DNA of 64,000 bases from contig CAVTRY010000007.1 in assembly GCA_963737265.1 (NCBI GenBank), positions 320,001-384,000 of the forward strand, written 5' to 3'. Below the pieces are notes generated by a model. That model did no database searches, was not told the origin of the DNA, and saw only the letters and a program-made list of their open reading frames with translations. The DNA is from an uncultured delta proteobacterium. GTDB taxonomy: Bacteria > Myxococcota_A > Polyangia > Fen-1088. This document shows positions 34,809-49,538 of the stretch, piece by piece. The translations under genes were made by a program, and so were the position numbers. Each line of letters starts with the position of its first letter. The stretch's first letter is position 1.

Positions 34809-36628
34809 ATGCGACTGACAGGGGCCCAGGCCCTCATCAAGAGCCTCGAGATGCAGCACGTGGAGGTCATCTTCGGCCTCCCCGGCGGGGCGATCCTGCC
34901 CGTGTACGACCCCATCCTCGACTCGTCGATCCGCCACGTCCTGGTGCGCCACGAGCAGGGGGCGGGGCACATGGCCGAGGGCTACGCGCACGTCACGGGC
35001 CGGCCCGGCGTGGCCATGGTCACGAGCGGGCCCGGGCGCCACCAACATCGTGACGCCCCTGGCCGACGCCATGATGGACTCGATCCCCATCGTGGTGATC
35101 ACGGGCCAGGTGGCCACCACCGCCATCGGCACCGACGCCTTCCAGGAGTGCCCCATCACCGGCGTGACCATGGACATCACCAAGCACAACTGGCTCGTCA
35201 CCGACGCCCAGGACCTGCCGCGAGTCGTCGCCGAGGCCTTCCACGTGGCCACGACCGGTCGCCCCGGCCCCGTGCTCGTCGACGTGCCCAAGGACGTCTC
35301 CAACGCCATGATGGACTGGTACTGGCCCGCGTCGCTCGACGAGCTCGACCTGCCCGGCTACAAGCCCCAGACCGAGGGCGACCCCGCTGCTCGTCCGCGA
35401 GGCGGCCGAGCTGATCCTCGGCGCGCGAGCGCCCCGTGATCTACGCCGGCGGCGGCATCCTGAAGGCCCGGGCCGCCGAGGTGCTGCGCGAGCTGGCCGA
35501 GCGCACCGGCATCCCCGTGGTCACCACGCTCATGGCCCGCGGCGCCTTCCCCGACCGCCATCCGCTGTGCCTCGGGCATGCCGGGCATGCACGGCAACTA
35601 CACCGCCGTCACCGCCATGCAGCGCGCCGACCTGCTCATCGCCCTCGGGAGCCGCTTCGACGACCGCGTCACCGGCAAGATCAGCGCCTTCGCCCCCGAG
35701 CGCCAAGGTCATCCACGTCGACATCGACCCGGCCGAGCTCGGCAAGGTCCGGCGCCCCGACGTCGCCATCGCCGGCGACTGCCGTGTCGTGATCGAGGAG
35801 ATGCTCCGGGCTCTGGAGTCCTTGGGACTGGGCCCTGTCCCGGGCCTCGGTGAGTGGATGGCCCGTCGGTGGTCGGCACCGTCGGTGGCGCAGGCTCGGT
35901 GGCGGCCGGCGTGGCCCGACCTGGCGGCCGTGCGACTCGGCCCCTGGATGCGCAGCTGCGCGTGGCAGGAGGAGTTCCCGCTCGCCTACGACCAGGAGGA
36001 GGGCGGCGCCCTCAAGCCGCAGTACGTGGTGGAGACGCTGCGCGACGCCACGCCCGACGACACCATCGTGGTGGCCGGCGTGGGCCAGCACCAGATGTGG
36101 GCCTCGCAGTACTGGAAGTTCGACAACCCCTACACGTGGGTGAACTCCGGCGGCGCGGGCACCATGGGCTTCGCCGTGCCCGCGGCGATCGGGGCCAAGG
36201 TGGGCCGGCCCGACAAGATGGTGTGGGCCATCGACGGCGACGGCTGCTTCCAGATGACCGCCCAGGAGCTCGTCACCGCGTCGGCCGAGCGCATCCCGAT
36301 CAAGGTGGCCATCCTCAACAACGCCTATCTGGGCATGGTGCGCCAGTGGCAGGAGCTGTTCTACGAGGAGCGCTACTCCGAGGTGTACCTCTCGCCCGAC
36401 CTTCCCGACTACGTGAAGTGGGCCGAGGCCATGGGCTGCGTCGGGCTCAGGGTGGAGTCCGCCGAGGAGGTGGCGCCCGCCATCGAGAAGGCCAACGGGA
36501 TCGACGACCGCCCCGTCGTCATCGACTTCCGCACCGACGCCTTCGAGAAGGTGTACCCCATGGTCCCCGCCGGCGCCTCCAACGACGACATCATCGTGGG
36601 GCCCTCGGGGGGCGAGGGGGGACGATGA
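34809..36628 (+). CDS. ilvB: Acetolactate synthase large subunit (indels)
   Basis: [43 protein letters not shown]. Confidence 0.93.
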
Positions 36629-36686
36629 CCCGCCGGCAGCACGCCCGGCACCCCCGTGCCGGCAGCACCGGCATCGACGCTGGCCG

Positions 36687-37282
36687 GTGGCCGACCGGCA
36701 CCACATCGTCACGGCCATGGTCGAGAACAAGGCCGGCGTGCTCGCCCGCGTCGCCAGCCTGTTCAGCCGGCGGGGGTTCAACATCTTCTCGTTGGCCGTG
36801 GCACCCACCGACGACGAGCGCTTCAGCCGCATCACGATCGTGGTGGACGTGGAGTCCGCTCCGCTGGAGCAGATCATGAAGCAGCTCGACAAGCTCATCA
36901 ACGTGGTGTCGATCACCGAGCTCGCCCCCGACGAGGCCGTCGAGCGCGAGCTGCTCCTCGTGACCGTCGGGGCAGCCGGGGGCCGCCGCCGGCCGACGAG
37001 CGCGGCAGGTGATCGCGGCATTGGTGGGCGTCGTTCGGGGGCACGATCGTCGACGAGGCCGCCGACGCGCATGACGGTGATGCTGGCGGGCACGCCCGAG
37101 CCGAATCGACGAATTCGAGGACCTGATGCGGCCCTTCGGCATCACCGAGCTCCAGCGGACGGGCCTGGTGGCCCTGCCTAAGCTGTCGCCCGGTCACGCC
37201 GGCCCGCGACGCCGCCCCGTTGCACAGCGTCACCGGCACCGGAGCGCACGGTACCGGGGCCCACCAGGGAGAGGCAGGCTGA
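36687..37282 (+). CDS. ilvN: Acetolactate synthase small subunit (indels)
   Basis: VENKAGVLARVASLFSRRGFNI, QLDKLINV. Confidence 0.9.
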
Positions 37283-37283
37283 G

Positions 37284-38311
<1,028 letters not shown>

Positions 38312-38318
38312 GGCCGCC

Positions 38319-39916
38319 GTGACGTCGCCGTCGGCGGCTCGACCGGCGTGGTCGCTCCGACCGGGCGGCTCCGCTGACCGCGGCGGTCGTCTGAAGGGTC
38401 TGCCGCTCGAGGAGGTGCGCGCCGCCGCGCTGGAACGGGCCCAGGCGCTCGGGTGCAGCCACGCCGAGGTCCGGGTGGAGCGGATCCGGTCGCAGTTCGT
38501 GTCGCTGCGCGACGGCGCGGGTCGAGACCACCGTGGACGACACCGAGATCGGGGTCGGGCTGCGGGTGGTGCGCGACGGGTCCATCGGGTTCGCGGCCAC
38601 GGTCGAGCTCAACGCCGACGCCGCCGCCGGCTCGCCGACGAAGCCGCCGGCGTTGGCCGCCGAGACGGCCTCGGCCCTGGGCCGGCCCGTCGATGCTGGC
38701 CGAGGAGCCCGCCCACGGCGACGGTCCACTGGTCGTCGCCCTACGAGGTCGACCCCACCGACGGTGCCGCTGGCCGACAAGGTGGCGCTCCTCGAGGAGT
38801 GGAGCGCGCCGCCTCATGGGGTCGGACGCGCGTCGACCACGTCGCGGCCCGGGTGCTGTGCGTCGTGGAGGACAAGCACTACGCCGATCTGTCGGGCACC
38901 GTGACGACCCAGCGGCGGGTGCGCATCTACCCGGTCGTCGAAGCCGTCGCCGTGGACGCGCGAGTCGGGGTCGTTCGAGTCGATGCGCACCATGGCGCCC
39001 CCCGTGGGCCGGGGCTGGGAGTACACCGACCGGGCAGGGTTGGGACTGGGACGCCGAGCTCGAGACGCTCCCCGAGCTGCTGGCCGAGAAGGTGGCGGCG
39101 CCCTCGGTGGAAGCCGGGCACCTACGACCTCGTCATCGACCCCTCCAACCTGTGGCTCACCATCCACGAGTCGGTCGGACACGCCACCGAGCTCGACCGG
39201 GCCCTCGGGTACGAGGCGGCCTACGCCGGGCACGTCCTTCGCCACCTTCGACAAGCTCGGCACCCTGCAGTACGGGTCGCCGGTCATGCACGTGATCGGG
39301 GACCGCACCACGCCGCACGGGCTGGCCACGGTCGGCTACGACGACGAAGGGGTCGCGGCCCAGAGCTTCGACATCGTGCGCGACGGGGTGCTCGTCGGGC
39401 TACCAGCTCGACCGGCGCATGGCGGCCGAGAACGGCTTCGGCCGTTCCAACGGCTGCGCCTTCGCCGACTCGCCGTTGCACGTGCCCATCCAGCGCATGG
39501 CCAACGTGTCGCTCCAGCCCGCGCCGGGACCCGGGCCCGGACCGAGCACCGAGGAGCTGCGTCGTCGGGCGTCGAGCGGGGCATCTACGTGGTCGGGGAC
39601 AAGAGCTGGTCGATCGACATGCAGCGCTACAACTTCCAGTTCACCGGTCAGCGCTTCTACCGGATCGAGAACGGCCGGCTGGCCGGGCAGTGCAAGGACG
39701 TCGCCTACCAGGCGCAGACCACGGAGTTCTGGGGATCGCTCGAGGCCGTCGGGCGGCCGCTCCACCTACGTGCTCGGGGGCGCCTTCAACTGCGGCAAGG
39801 GCCAGCCCGGGCAGGTGGCGCCGGTCAGCCACGGTTGCCCGTCCGCCCTGTTCCGCGGCATCAACGTCCTCAACGCCCGGGCCGAGGCCGCGGCATGTCG
39901 GCGGCGCGGCCGATGA
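38319..39916 (+). CDS. tldD: TldD family metalloprotease (indels)
   Basis: LTIHESVGHATELDR, YDDEG, QRMANV, NCGKGQPGQ. Confidence 0.88.
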
Positions 39917-39953
39917 GCGGGCGGGCCGATGAGCGGACGCGCCGACGGCCGCC

Positions 39954-41412
39954 GTGATCGCGCCGACGCCCCAGGAGGTGGTCGAGCGTGCCCTGGCGCG
40001 CGAGCCGCGCCGAGGGCTGCGTCGTGATCGTCGAGGAGGTCAGCCAGGTCGAGGTCCGCTTCGCCAACAACACGACCACCACCAACGGCGTGCGCCGCGA
40101 CCGCCGTGTGGCCGTGGTGAGCTTCGCGCGGTGGGGGGCGACGGGAGCGCGGGGTTCCCCGGTCGGCCGTGGGCGTGGCCAGCCGCAGCGGCGAGGTCGA
40201 CGTGGAGGAGCTCGTGCGGGCCAGCGAGGTCGAGGCCGAGGCGAGCCGCCCCGGCCGACGACGCCGCGCCGCTTGATCGAGCCGACGGGCTCGACGCCAG
40301 CGGGCCCGACGGCGGCCGAGGTCGGTGCAGCGACGCGGCGTTCGACGAGCCGGCACCGGCGACGTCACCGGCCGTGCTCGGCGGGGTCATCTCGGTCTCG
40401 GGGGCGCCTTCGACCGGGCCCGGGCGGCCGGCAACATCCTGGCGGGGTTCGCCACACACGAGCGTCGAGACCGTCTACCTGGGCACGAGCACCGGGGTCC
40501 GGCTCCGCCACGTCCAACCGGCCGGGATCGATGCGAGCTCGTGGCCCGCAGCGCCGACGGAACCCGCTCGGTCTGGGCCGGCACGGGCACCGCTCGACCT
40601 TCGACGACATCGACGTGGCCGCCTTCGAGGCCCGCCTCGACCGCCGCCTGGCCTGGGCCGCAGCGCCGCGTCGAGCTGCCCGCCGGGCGCTACGAGGTGC
40701 TCCTCCCCCCCGACGCCACCGCCGACCTCATGGTGCCGATGTCGGAGGCCATGTCGGGCCGGGACGCCGAGGAAGGCCGCAGTCCCTTCTCGGCCCCGGG
40801 GGGCGGGACCAAGATCGGCGAGCCGCTGTGCCCGCTGCCGTTCGAACTGCGCGGCGACCCGGCCGAAGCCGGGCCTCGAGTCGGCGCCGTTCCTGGTGAC
40901 CACGCGCGTCGGGCACCGACGTGTCGGTGTTCGACAACGGGCTCGCCGCTCGGCCGCACCCGCTGGATCGAGGGGGCAAGCTGCGACCGCCTGCGCTACC
41001 ACCGGGCCGGCGCCGGCGCGCTCGGGCGTCGAGCCGCTCGCCCCCGGTCGGCAACCTGGTCCTGCGAGCTGCCCGGTGCCACGGCGTCGCTCGACGACAT
41101 GGTCGCCGACACCGAACGGGGGCTGCTCCTCACCTGCCTGTGGTACATCCGCGAGGTCGACCCGGTGACGCTCCTGCTCACCGGGCTCACCCGCGACGGC
41201 GTCTACCTGGTCGAGCAGGGCGAGGTGGTCGGGCGCGGTGAACAACTTCCGCTTCAACGAGAGCCCGCTCGACGTCCTGGCCCGCACGACCGAGGCGGGC
41301 GCGCAGCGAGCGGGCGCTGTCGCGCGAGTGGGGCGAGTGGATGAACCGCACCGCCATGCCGCCGCTGCGGGTGGCCGACTTCAACATGAGCTCGGTGAGC
41401 CCGGCCACCTGA
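39954..41412 (+). CDS. TldE/PmbA family protein (indels)
   Basis: RFANN, LPAGRYEVLLPP, LWYIREVDP, TGLTRDG, NNFRFNESP. Confidence 0.82.
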
Positions 41413-41483
41413 TGCACCCGCCTGCTTCACTGTGATCCACTGCCCGAGCACACGGGTTGCAAGCCCCATCGGCCCCCCGTAGC

Positions 41484-42659
<1,176 letters not shown>

Positions 42660-42678
42660 GTGTGCAAGCATGGCAGCC

Positions 42679-43962
42679 ATGGCGACCCCGTCCGACGAAG
42701 ACCGGCACGTCGACGGCCCTCGACGGCCCTCGACCGGCACGCGCCGGAACCCGGTCGCGCATCTCGGCCCGGGTGGCGGCGGTGTCGCCGTCGGCCACGC
42801 TGGCCGTCGACGCCAAGGCCAAGGCGCTGCGCGCCGACGGGGCCGACGTCATCGGGTTCGGGGCCGGCGAGCCGGACTTCCCCACGCCCGCCCACATCGT
42901 CGAGGCGGCCGTGGCCGCCTGCTACGACCCCGTCAACCACCACTACACCCCCACCGCCGGGATCGCCCCCCTGCGCGAGGCCATCGCGGCCAAGACCGCG
43001 CGCGACTCGGGCTACGAGGTGACGCCCGTCGCAGGTGCTGGTCACCAACGGCGCCAAGCAGGCGGTCTACGAGGCGTTCGCGACGGTGCTCGACCCGGGC
43101 GACGAAGGTGCTCGTGCCGGCGCCGTACTGGACGACCTACCCCGAAGTCGTCGCGCTGGCCGGCGGGGTGCCGGTCGCCGTCCCCACCGACGAGTCGACC
43201 GGGTTCCACCTGACCGTCGACGCCCTCGAGGCGGCCGTGACCCCGGCCACCAAGGTCCTGCTGTTCGTGTCGCCCAACAACCCCACCGGCGCGGTGTGCA
43301 CCCCCGAGGAGGTGCGTCGCCATCGGCCAGCTGGGCGGCCGAGCGCGGCCTGTGGGTCGTCACCGACGAGATCTACGAGCATCTCGTCTACGGCGAGACG
43401 CGGCTTCAGCTCCATGCCCGTGTGCCGTGCCCGAGCTCGCCGAGCGCTGCATCGTCATCAACGGCGTGGCCAAGACCTACGCCATGACCGGATGGCGCGT
43501 CGGATGGCTGATCGGCCCCCCCGACGTGGTCGAGGCCGCCTCCAACCTGCAGTCCCACGCCACCTCCAACGTCTCCAACGTCGTCCCAGCGAGCCGCGTT
43601 GGCCGCCCTCGACGGGCGACCTCGACGCGGTGGGCGAGATGCGCGCCGCCTTCGACCGCCGCCGGCGCACCATCCACTCCATGCTGAACGAGTGCGACGG
43701 GGTCACGTGCGTGGAGCCCGAGGGCGCCTTCTACGCCTTCCCGTCGGTGCGGGGGCTGCTGCGGCCGGCGCGCTGGCGGGCCGACTCGTGTCGAGCTCGG
43801 CCGACGTCGCCGACGGTGGCCATCGACGAGGTCCAGGTGGCCGTGGTCCCCGGCGAGGCCTTCGGTGCCCACGGGTACCTGCGCCTGTCCTACGCGCTGG
43901 GCGACGACGCCATCGTCGAGGGCGTGTCCCGCCTCGGCAAGCTCTTCGCCACCGCCGAGTAG
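42679..43962 (+). CDS. Aspartate aminotransferase, class I (indels)
   Basis: [41 protein letters not shown]. Confidence 0.9.
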   Translation: MATPSDEDRHVDGPRRPSTGTRRNPVAHLGPGGGGVAVGHAGRRRQGQGAARRRGRRHRVRGRRAGLPHARPHRRGGRGRLLRPRQPPLHPHRRDRPPARGHRGQDRARLGLRGDARRRCWSPTAPSRRSTRRSRRCSTRATKVLVPAPYWTTYPEVVALAGGVPVAVPTDESTGFHLTVDALEAAVTPATKVLLFVSPNNPTGAVCTPEEVRRHRPAGRPSAACGSSPTRSTSISSTARRGFSSMPVCRARARRALHRHQRRGQDLRHDRMARRMADRPPRRGRGRLQPAVPRHLQRLQRRPSEPRWPPSTGDLDAVGEMRAAFDRRRRTIHSMLNECDGVTCVEPEGAFYAFPSVRGLLRPARWRADSCRARPTSPTVAIDEVQVAVVPGEAFGAHGYLRLSYALGDDAIVEGVSRLGKLFATAE

Positions 43963-44006
43963 CGCTGGGCGCCGAGTCGCGGTCACAGGCCGAGCGCCGG
44001 TAGAGG

Positions 44007-44085
44007 CGTCGATCACAGCAGCAGACGTCGATCACAGCAGAACGTCGATCACAGACAACGTCGATCACAGACACGTCGATCGCAG
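44007..44085 (+). repeat. Five copies of CGTCGATCACAG upstream of serA
   Basis: Starts at 44007, 44026, 44043, 44059, 44074 (last copy with one mismatch). Confidence 0.9.
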
Positions 44086-44116
44086 CCGACGACGAGCAAG
44101 GAAGGCGACGAGCCAC

Positions 44117-45689
44117 ATGGCACGGGTACTCATCACCGAGAAGCTCGCCGAGCGTGGGCTCAAGACGCTGGCCGACGCCGGCCACGAAGTCGACGTGCAG
44201 CTCGATCTCGATCCCCGAGGCTCTGCTCGACGCCATCGTGGGCGCCCACGCGCTGATCGTCCGCTCGGCCACCCAGGTCACCGCCGAGGTCCTCGAGGCC
44301 GGGACCGACCTCGTCGTGGTGGGGCGGGCCGGTATCGGGCTCGACAACGTGGACGTCGAGGCGGCCACACGGCGCGGCGTCATGGTGGTGAACGCACCCG
44401 AGTCGAACGTGCTCTCGGCGGCCGAGCACGCCATGGCGCTGCTGCTGGCGCAGGCGCGCAACATCCCCCAGGCCCACGCCGCGCTCGATGGCGGGGAAGT
44501 GGGAGCGCTCGAAGTGGGAGGGCGTCGAGCTCCACGGCAAGACGCTCGGCGTGGTCGGGCTGGGCCGCATCGGCGCGCTGGTGGCCCAGCGGGCGCTCGC
44601 CTTCGGCATGCGCCTGTGCGCCTACGACCCCTACGTCTCGCCCGACCGGGCCCGGCACATGGGGGTCGAGATGCTGCCGCTCGACGAGCTCGTGGCCGAG
44701 TCCGACTTCCTCACCATCCACCTGCCCAAGACGGCGGAGACGGCGGGGCTGATCGGCGCCGAGCTGCTGGCCAAGGCCAAGCCGGGCATCCGCATCGTGA
44801 ACGCGGCACGCGGCGGGATCGTCGACGAGGAGGCGCTGGCCGACGCGCTGCGCTCGGGCCGGGTCGGAGGGCGCCGCCTTCGACGTCTTCGCCACCGAGC
44901 CCTGCACCGACTCGCCGCTCTTCGAGTTCCCGACCGTGGTGGTCACCCCCCACCTGGGCGCGTCCACGGCCGAAGCGCAGGACAAGGCGGGCGTGACGAT
45001 CGCCGAGCAGGTCAACCTGGCGCTGGCGGGGGACTTCGTGCCCTTCGCCGTCAACGTCGCCGCCACCGAGGTGTCGGAGACCGTCCGCCCCTTCCTCCGC
45101 CTGGCCGAACAGCTCGGCCGGTGCTTCGCCTGTCTCAACGACGGGCTGCCCGAGCGGCTCGAGGTCGAGTACCAGGGCGGCCTGGCCGGCGCCAACACCT
45201 CGATCCTGACCCTGGCGGTGCTCAAGGGCATCTTCTCGGCCGGCACCGAGGAGCCCGTGTCCTACGTGAACGCACCCCAGCTGGCCGCGGAGCGGGGCCT
45301 CGAAGTGCGCGAGGTCTCGACCGCCACGGCCCGCGACTACGTGAACCTGATCACCCTGCGCTCGCCCGAGCACTCCATCGCCGGCACGCTGACCGGCACG
45401 CGCTCCGAGTCGCGCATCGTGCTCGTCGACGACCACACCGTCGAGGTGCCGCCCGCCGAGCACATGCTCGATCGTGCGCAACGACGACCGGCCCGGGATG
45501 ATCGGCGTGGTGGGCGTCGTCCTGGGCGAGGCCGGCGTGTCGATCTCCTCGATGGACGTCGACCCGTCCCGCACCGAGGGCACGGCGCTCATGGTGCTCT
45601 CCACCGACCGCGCCATCCCCGACGACGCCTTCGCCCTGCTGCAGGCGACCGACGGCATTCTCGACATCCACCGCATCACCTGCGTCTGA
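44117..45689 (+). CDS. serA: D-3-phosphoglycerate dehydrogenase, long form (indels)
   Basis: [27 protein letters not shown] domain NDDRPGMIG. Confidence 0.92.
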
Positions 45690-45707
45690 CGGCTGCGGCT
45701 CGGCTCG

Positions 45708-46726
45708 TTGAGCGGTCGGCCGCTCTGGCCACCGGGTTAGCCTCGGGGACATCGACGACCACCTCGACCGGACCCGCGATGGCGACGGGGAGGTTCTCGA
45801 GGCGGCTCGCGGCGGCGACCGCGACGCTCTCGAGCTCCTGGTCACGGCGCACTACGACCGGGTATACGCGCTGTGTCGGCGGATGCTCGGCAACGAGGCC
45901 GACGCCCTCGACGCCACCCAGGACGCGCTCCTCGCCGCGATCCGGTGCACTCGGCCGGTTCGACGGGCGGAGCTCGTTCGGTACCTGGTTGTATCGCATC
46001 GCCACCAACACCTGCATCGACGAGATGCGACGCCGCCGACGTCGGCCCGTGACGGGCATCTCCGCTGACGTCTCAGAGATCGCCGACGACATCTCGTTCG
46101 GCCCGCAGGGCTTGTTCGTCGTACCACCCCGAGCGGACCTGTCCCCGGTTGACGCTTCCGAGCAACATGAGGACACCGTTGCGGGCTCACCTCCCGAGAA
46201 CGATCGATCCGGCAACCGCGCGGTGAGGTCCTCGGGTAGGGGTGGAGGTGCCGGCCGCGCCGGGGGCGCCGGCGGGTGGCCAGGTCGTTCCGACCATGCC
46301 GACCCGGCCGACTTGGCTTCGGCCCGAGTCGACATCGACGCCGCACTGGCGATGCTCCCGATCGAATTCCGGACGGCGGTCGTCCTACGCGACGTCTGCG
46401 ATCTTGCCTACGACGAGATCGCGGCGATTCTGGGCGTCCCGGTGGGAACTGTGCGGTCGCGCATCGCCCGGGCTCGATCGGCGTTGGCGGTCACGTGGAG
46501 TAACGCGCCCAGCGGGGGCGGCGCCGCGGCCGATGGCGCCGAGCGGGGTGACGCGCGGAACCAATCGGTCCCGCCCGACGTCAAACCACAGCAGAGCACG
46601 ATGCCGAGCCCGCCCGCAGTAACGGAGCAACCCGGGGACAGACGGGCCCCGTCACGCCGCAAGCGTCTGCGCGAACCGATCGCCGAGCAGTCCCAGGCCA
46701 ACCAGGAAGAAGAGCGCACTCAATGA
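45708..46726 (+). CDS. ECF sigma factor (start uncertain, indels)
   Basis: Region 2 [17 protein letters not shown]; region 4 [24 protein letters not shown]. Confidence 0.82.
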
Positions 46727-47772
46727 CCGGGCACCTGACCGACGAGCAGCTGTCGGCGCACCTCGACGGCGAGTCGGATACCGATTCCGATGGGAGCGCA
46801 GCGCAGTTCGCCGAGCATCTCGCAACGTGTGCCCGTTGTCGTCGGCGGCTGAGCGAATTCGACGCGGTGCGCAACCTCGTGCAGACACCGGTGGTTCCCC
46901 CGTCACCGAACCTTCGCGCCGAGTCGATCGCGACGGTGCTGCGCAGCGCGGCTGCGGGGGGTGCGGGTATCGAGGGTCGGATGGATGCTCGAGCGGGGCG
47001 CGGAGCGATCGACGGGGACGGCACCGCCGATGGGAACGGCACCGCCGACGGCACGGGGACGTGAGTGGCAACAGGCCGATCAAGATGCCGGAAGGCGTCC
47101 GCAGGTGCTGGTGGGAGCAGCCGCGGCGATCTTGGTCCTGGCGACTGCCATCGGAGTTCCTCTGGCTCTCCTCGGTCGGAGTACCTCGACATCGTCGTCC
47201 GCGGGACGCTCGGCGGCAGCGCTCGGCGCATCGACCACGACGACAGGTCCTTCGCAGACGTCGGGGCACCAATCCGCGTCGGGAACGTACGGCGGCTCGA
47301 CGAGCTCCGGCGTCCCTTCGTTCGGGAGGTGGCCTCGGTCGAGGCGCTGCGGGCTCGAGTGGACGGGCTCCTGTTCGTGACCGGCTCGGTCGCTGCAGCC
47401 CCGGCGACCACCACCGGTACGAACGCCGCCGCAGCCACACCAACTACGACGGTTCCCCCCTCACCGACCAGTCTCGGGAAAGGGTCGGTCCCCGCCGACC
47501 AGGGCTTGTCCAGCCTGACGGCGGGCGCGCCAAGCGCCATCGAGTTCCAACGGTGTCTGTCGTCGGCGATGCACGCGGCTGGACCAACGACGAGCGTGCA
47601 ACTCGTTGCCACCGCCGCCTTCATGGGTACACCGGCGCTCGTGTACGTGTTCCAGCCCAGTTCGAGCGCGTCCACTTCGGGCAGTCCATCGACATCTGGC
47701 GATGCAGCGCGATCCGCGGTCGTCGTCACGGCTGTCGACGGGTGCAGAATCCTCGTGACGACGACCGAGTAA
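46723..47772 (+). CDS. Zinc-binding anti-sigma factor (indels)
   Basis: [14 protein letters not shown]...HLATCARC; TM segment; Ser/Thr-rich extracytoplasmic part. Confidence 0.75.
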
Positions 47773-47779
47773 CGCGGAC

Positions 47780-48900
47780 CTAATCGAGGGATCGGGTCAC
47801 GCCGGGTTGATCGCTTGCCGGCGTCGCCGGAGCGATCCGCGTGCCGGCTAGCCAGATCAGTGCCAGGAGCGCCAGGACCGGAAGGGCCCAGCCCCCGCCC
47901 ACCGCCAGCCCGTCGAGGACGGCCAACGAGTTGTGACGGAGGTAGCGCCACGCCGCCGTGGCGGAATTGGCGGTGGTCCGGCGTCGTGGGCGTGGCCACG
48001 AGGGGCGCTCCCGGGGCGGACGAGGTTGGTCGGTGATCGTGGCCAGGGCGGCGGAGTTCTCCAAGACCGTCTGCTGGTTCTGGAGCTGCTGAAGCTGCTG
48101 CTCCACCGGGAACAGCTGGTTCTGGATCTGGAGGAACGTGTTGATGTCGGTGGCCTGGCCGAGCTTTCCCTGGAGCAGGTTCACCTCGTCCTGGAGTATC
48201 TGGATCGTGGCCGCGTTGGTGGACGACCTGGTTCGTGACGTCCTTTCCCTGGATCTGTTGGTTCGTGACCTTGCCGTAGCCCGAGAGCGTCGGCCATGGC
48301 CTGGCTGAAGTCCGTGTCCAGGACGTGGATGACGATGCTGCCCGAAACCGGCGACGTCCGTGCCGTTCCTCCGGCCATCGACGAGCTCTCGACATAGCCC
48401 ACCGTCGGTGGCGGCCAAGGCGGCGATGTCGGTCAATGACGAGCTGAGGGCGTCCTTGCCGACCCGCAGGTCGATCGTGGCCGTGCGGACGATCTGGGGC
48501 GTGATCGGCGAACACCGGCACGCGGGGAAGCGCCCCGCCGTTGGCCGGGGGCTTGGTGCCGTCCCTGCGGCGCGGTAGGCCGGCCGACGCCGAGCTAGCG
48601 CCGGCCGCGGCCGGCTGCGCCCGCGATGGTCGCGGGGCCGCTCGGCGGCCAGTGCGGCGGGGATGCTCGATCGGGCCTGGCGACGCTGCGCAGCCCTGGC
48701 GACACGCTCCACTGGATGGACACGGATCGCCGCCCGTGACGCGGTCGCCCGCAGTCGACGCCGCGGTTGAGGCGGCGGTGCCGCCGAGCAGGTGGCGGCC
48801 GAGCGCCGCACCGGCACCAGGACGACGACGGCGACGACGGCGACGACGATCTTCCTGAGGCCTTGGACACGTGGGCCTCCTCGAACGACGACCCAGGCAC
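47780..48900 (-). CDS. DUF4349-like membrane protein (indels)
   Basis: IVRTATIDL, GYVESS, DVT, coiled coil, C-terminal TM. Confidence 0.65.
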
Positions 48901-49265
48901 GGCAGGGTCGGCAGACCGGCTCTGCCTTGACCCGGCGCCTCTTTGACGACGCCCGTGGCCGTTCGAGTTCCCGGACGCGTCCGCCCCCAGGGCGGGTCCG
49001 TGTCCGCGAGGAGTCAGCTCCCGGCGGGAACCTCAGAGCCGTTGGGCACGAGTCGACCGGGAGCGGGGGCACGGTCGGCCACGTGTCGAAGCTGCCCCGC
49101 TGGGCGGGCTGGCGTGCCGGCTCCCCGGCGAGCTTTCCGAGCGCGGCTCGGCCCACCGCGCGGCCACGGCCGCCGGCCACGCCGCCACGACGATCGACCA
49201 GCCCAGACCTCGCATCATGCCTCTCACGCCGTGGAGCGTAGATCGCCGCGACCGGTGGGGTGTGC

Positions 49266-49415
49266 TTGACCTGAGGCGCCTCGCTTTGTCACCATGGAAC
49301 CTGTCATGCGTCGAGCACCCCTTCATCCACGGCCCTGCTTCTTACCTGACGGCGAGCGCCACATCGCGCTCGCCGAGCCCGCCCCCTGTGCCCAATGGCC
49401 AGGGGGTTTCTTCTT
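49266..49415 (+). promoter_or_regulatory. leuA promoter, Leu-rich leader and attenuator
   Basis: TTGACC...CACCAT; CTG CTT CTT ACC TGA (49335-49349); hairpin CCCCCTG...CAGGGGG followed by TTTCTTCTT. Confidence 0.65.
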
Positions 49416-49449
49416 GGGCCAAGGCCCCCGGGACCGCCCGAGCGCCAGA

Positions 49450-49526
49450 ACAGACACCGAGACAGACACGAGCACAGAACACGAGACAGAACACCGAGAA
49501 CAGAACACCGAGACAGAACACGAGAG
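49450..49526 (+). repeat. Imperfect tandem repeats of about ACAGAACACCGAG
   Basis: About 5-6 units directly visible. Confidence 0.85.
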
Positions 49527-49538
49527 TGAGGACATCCG

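Noticed and set aside
44007-44085. CRISPR array
   Set aside because: 12-bp repeats with 3-7-bp spacers and no cas genes.
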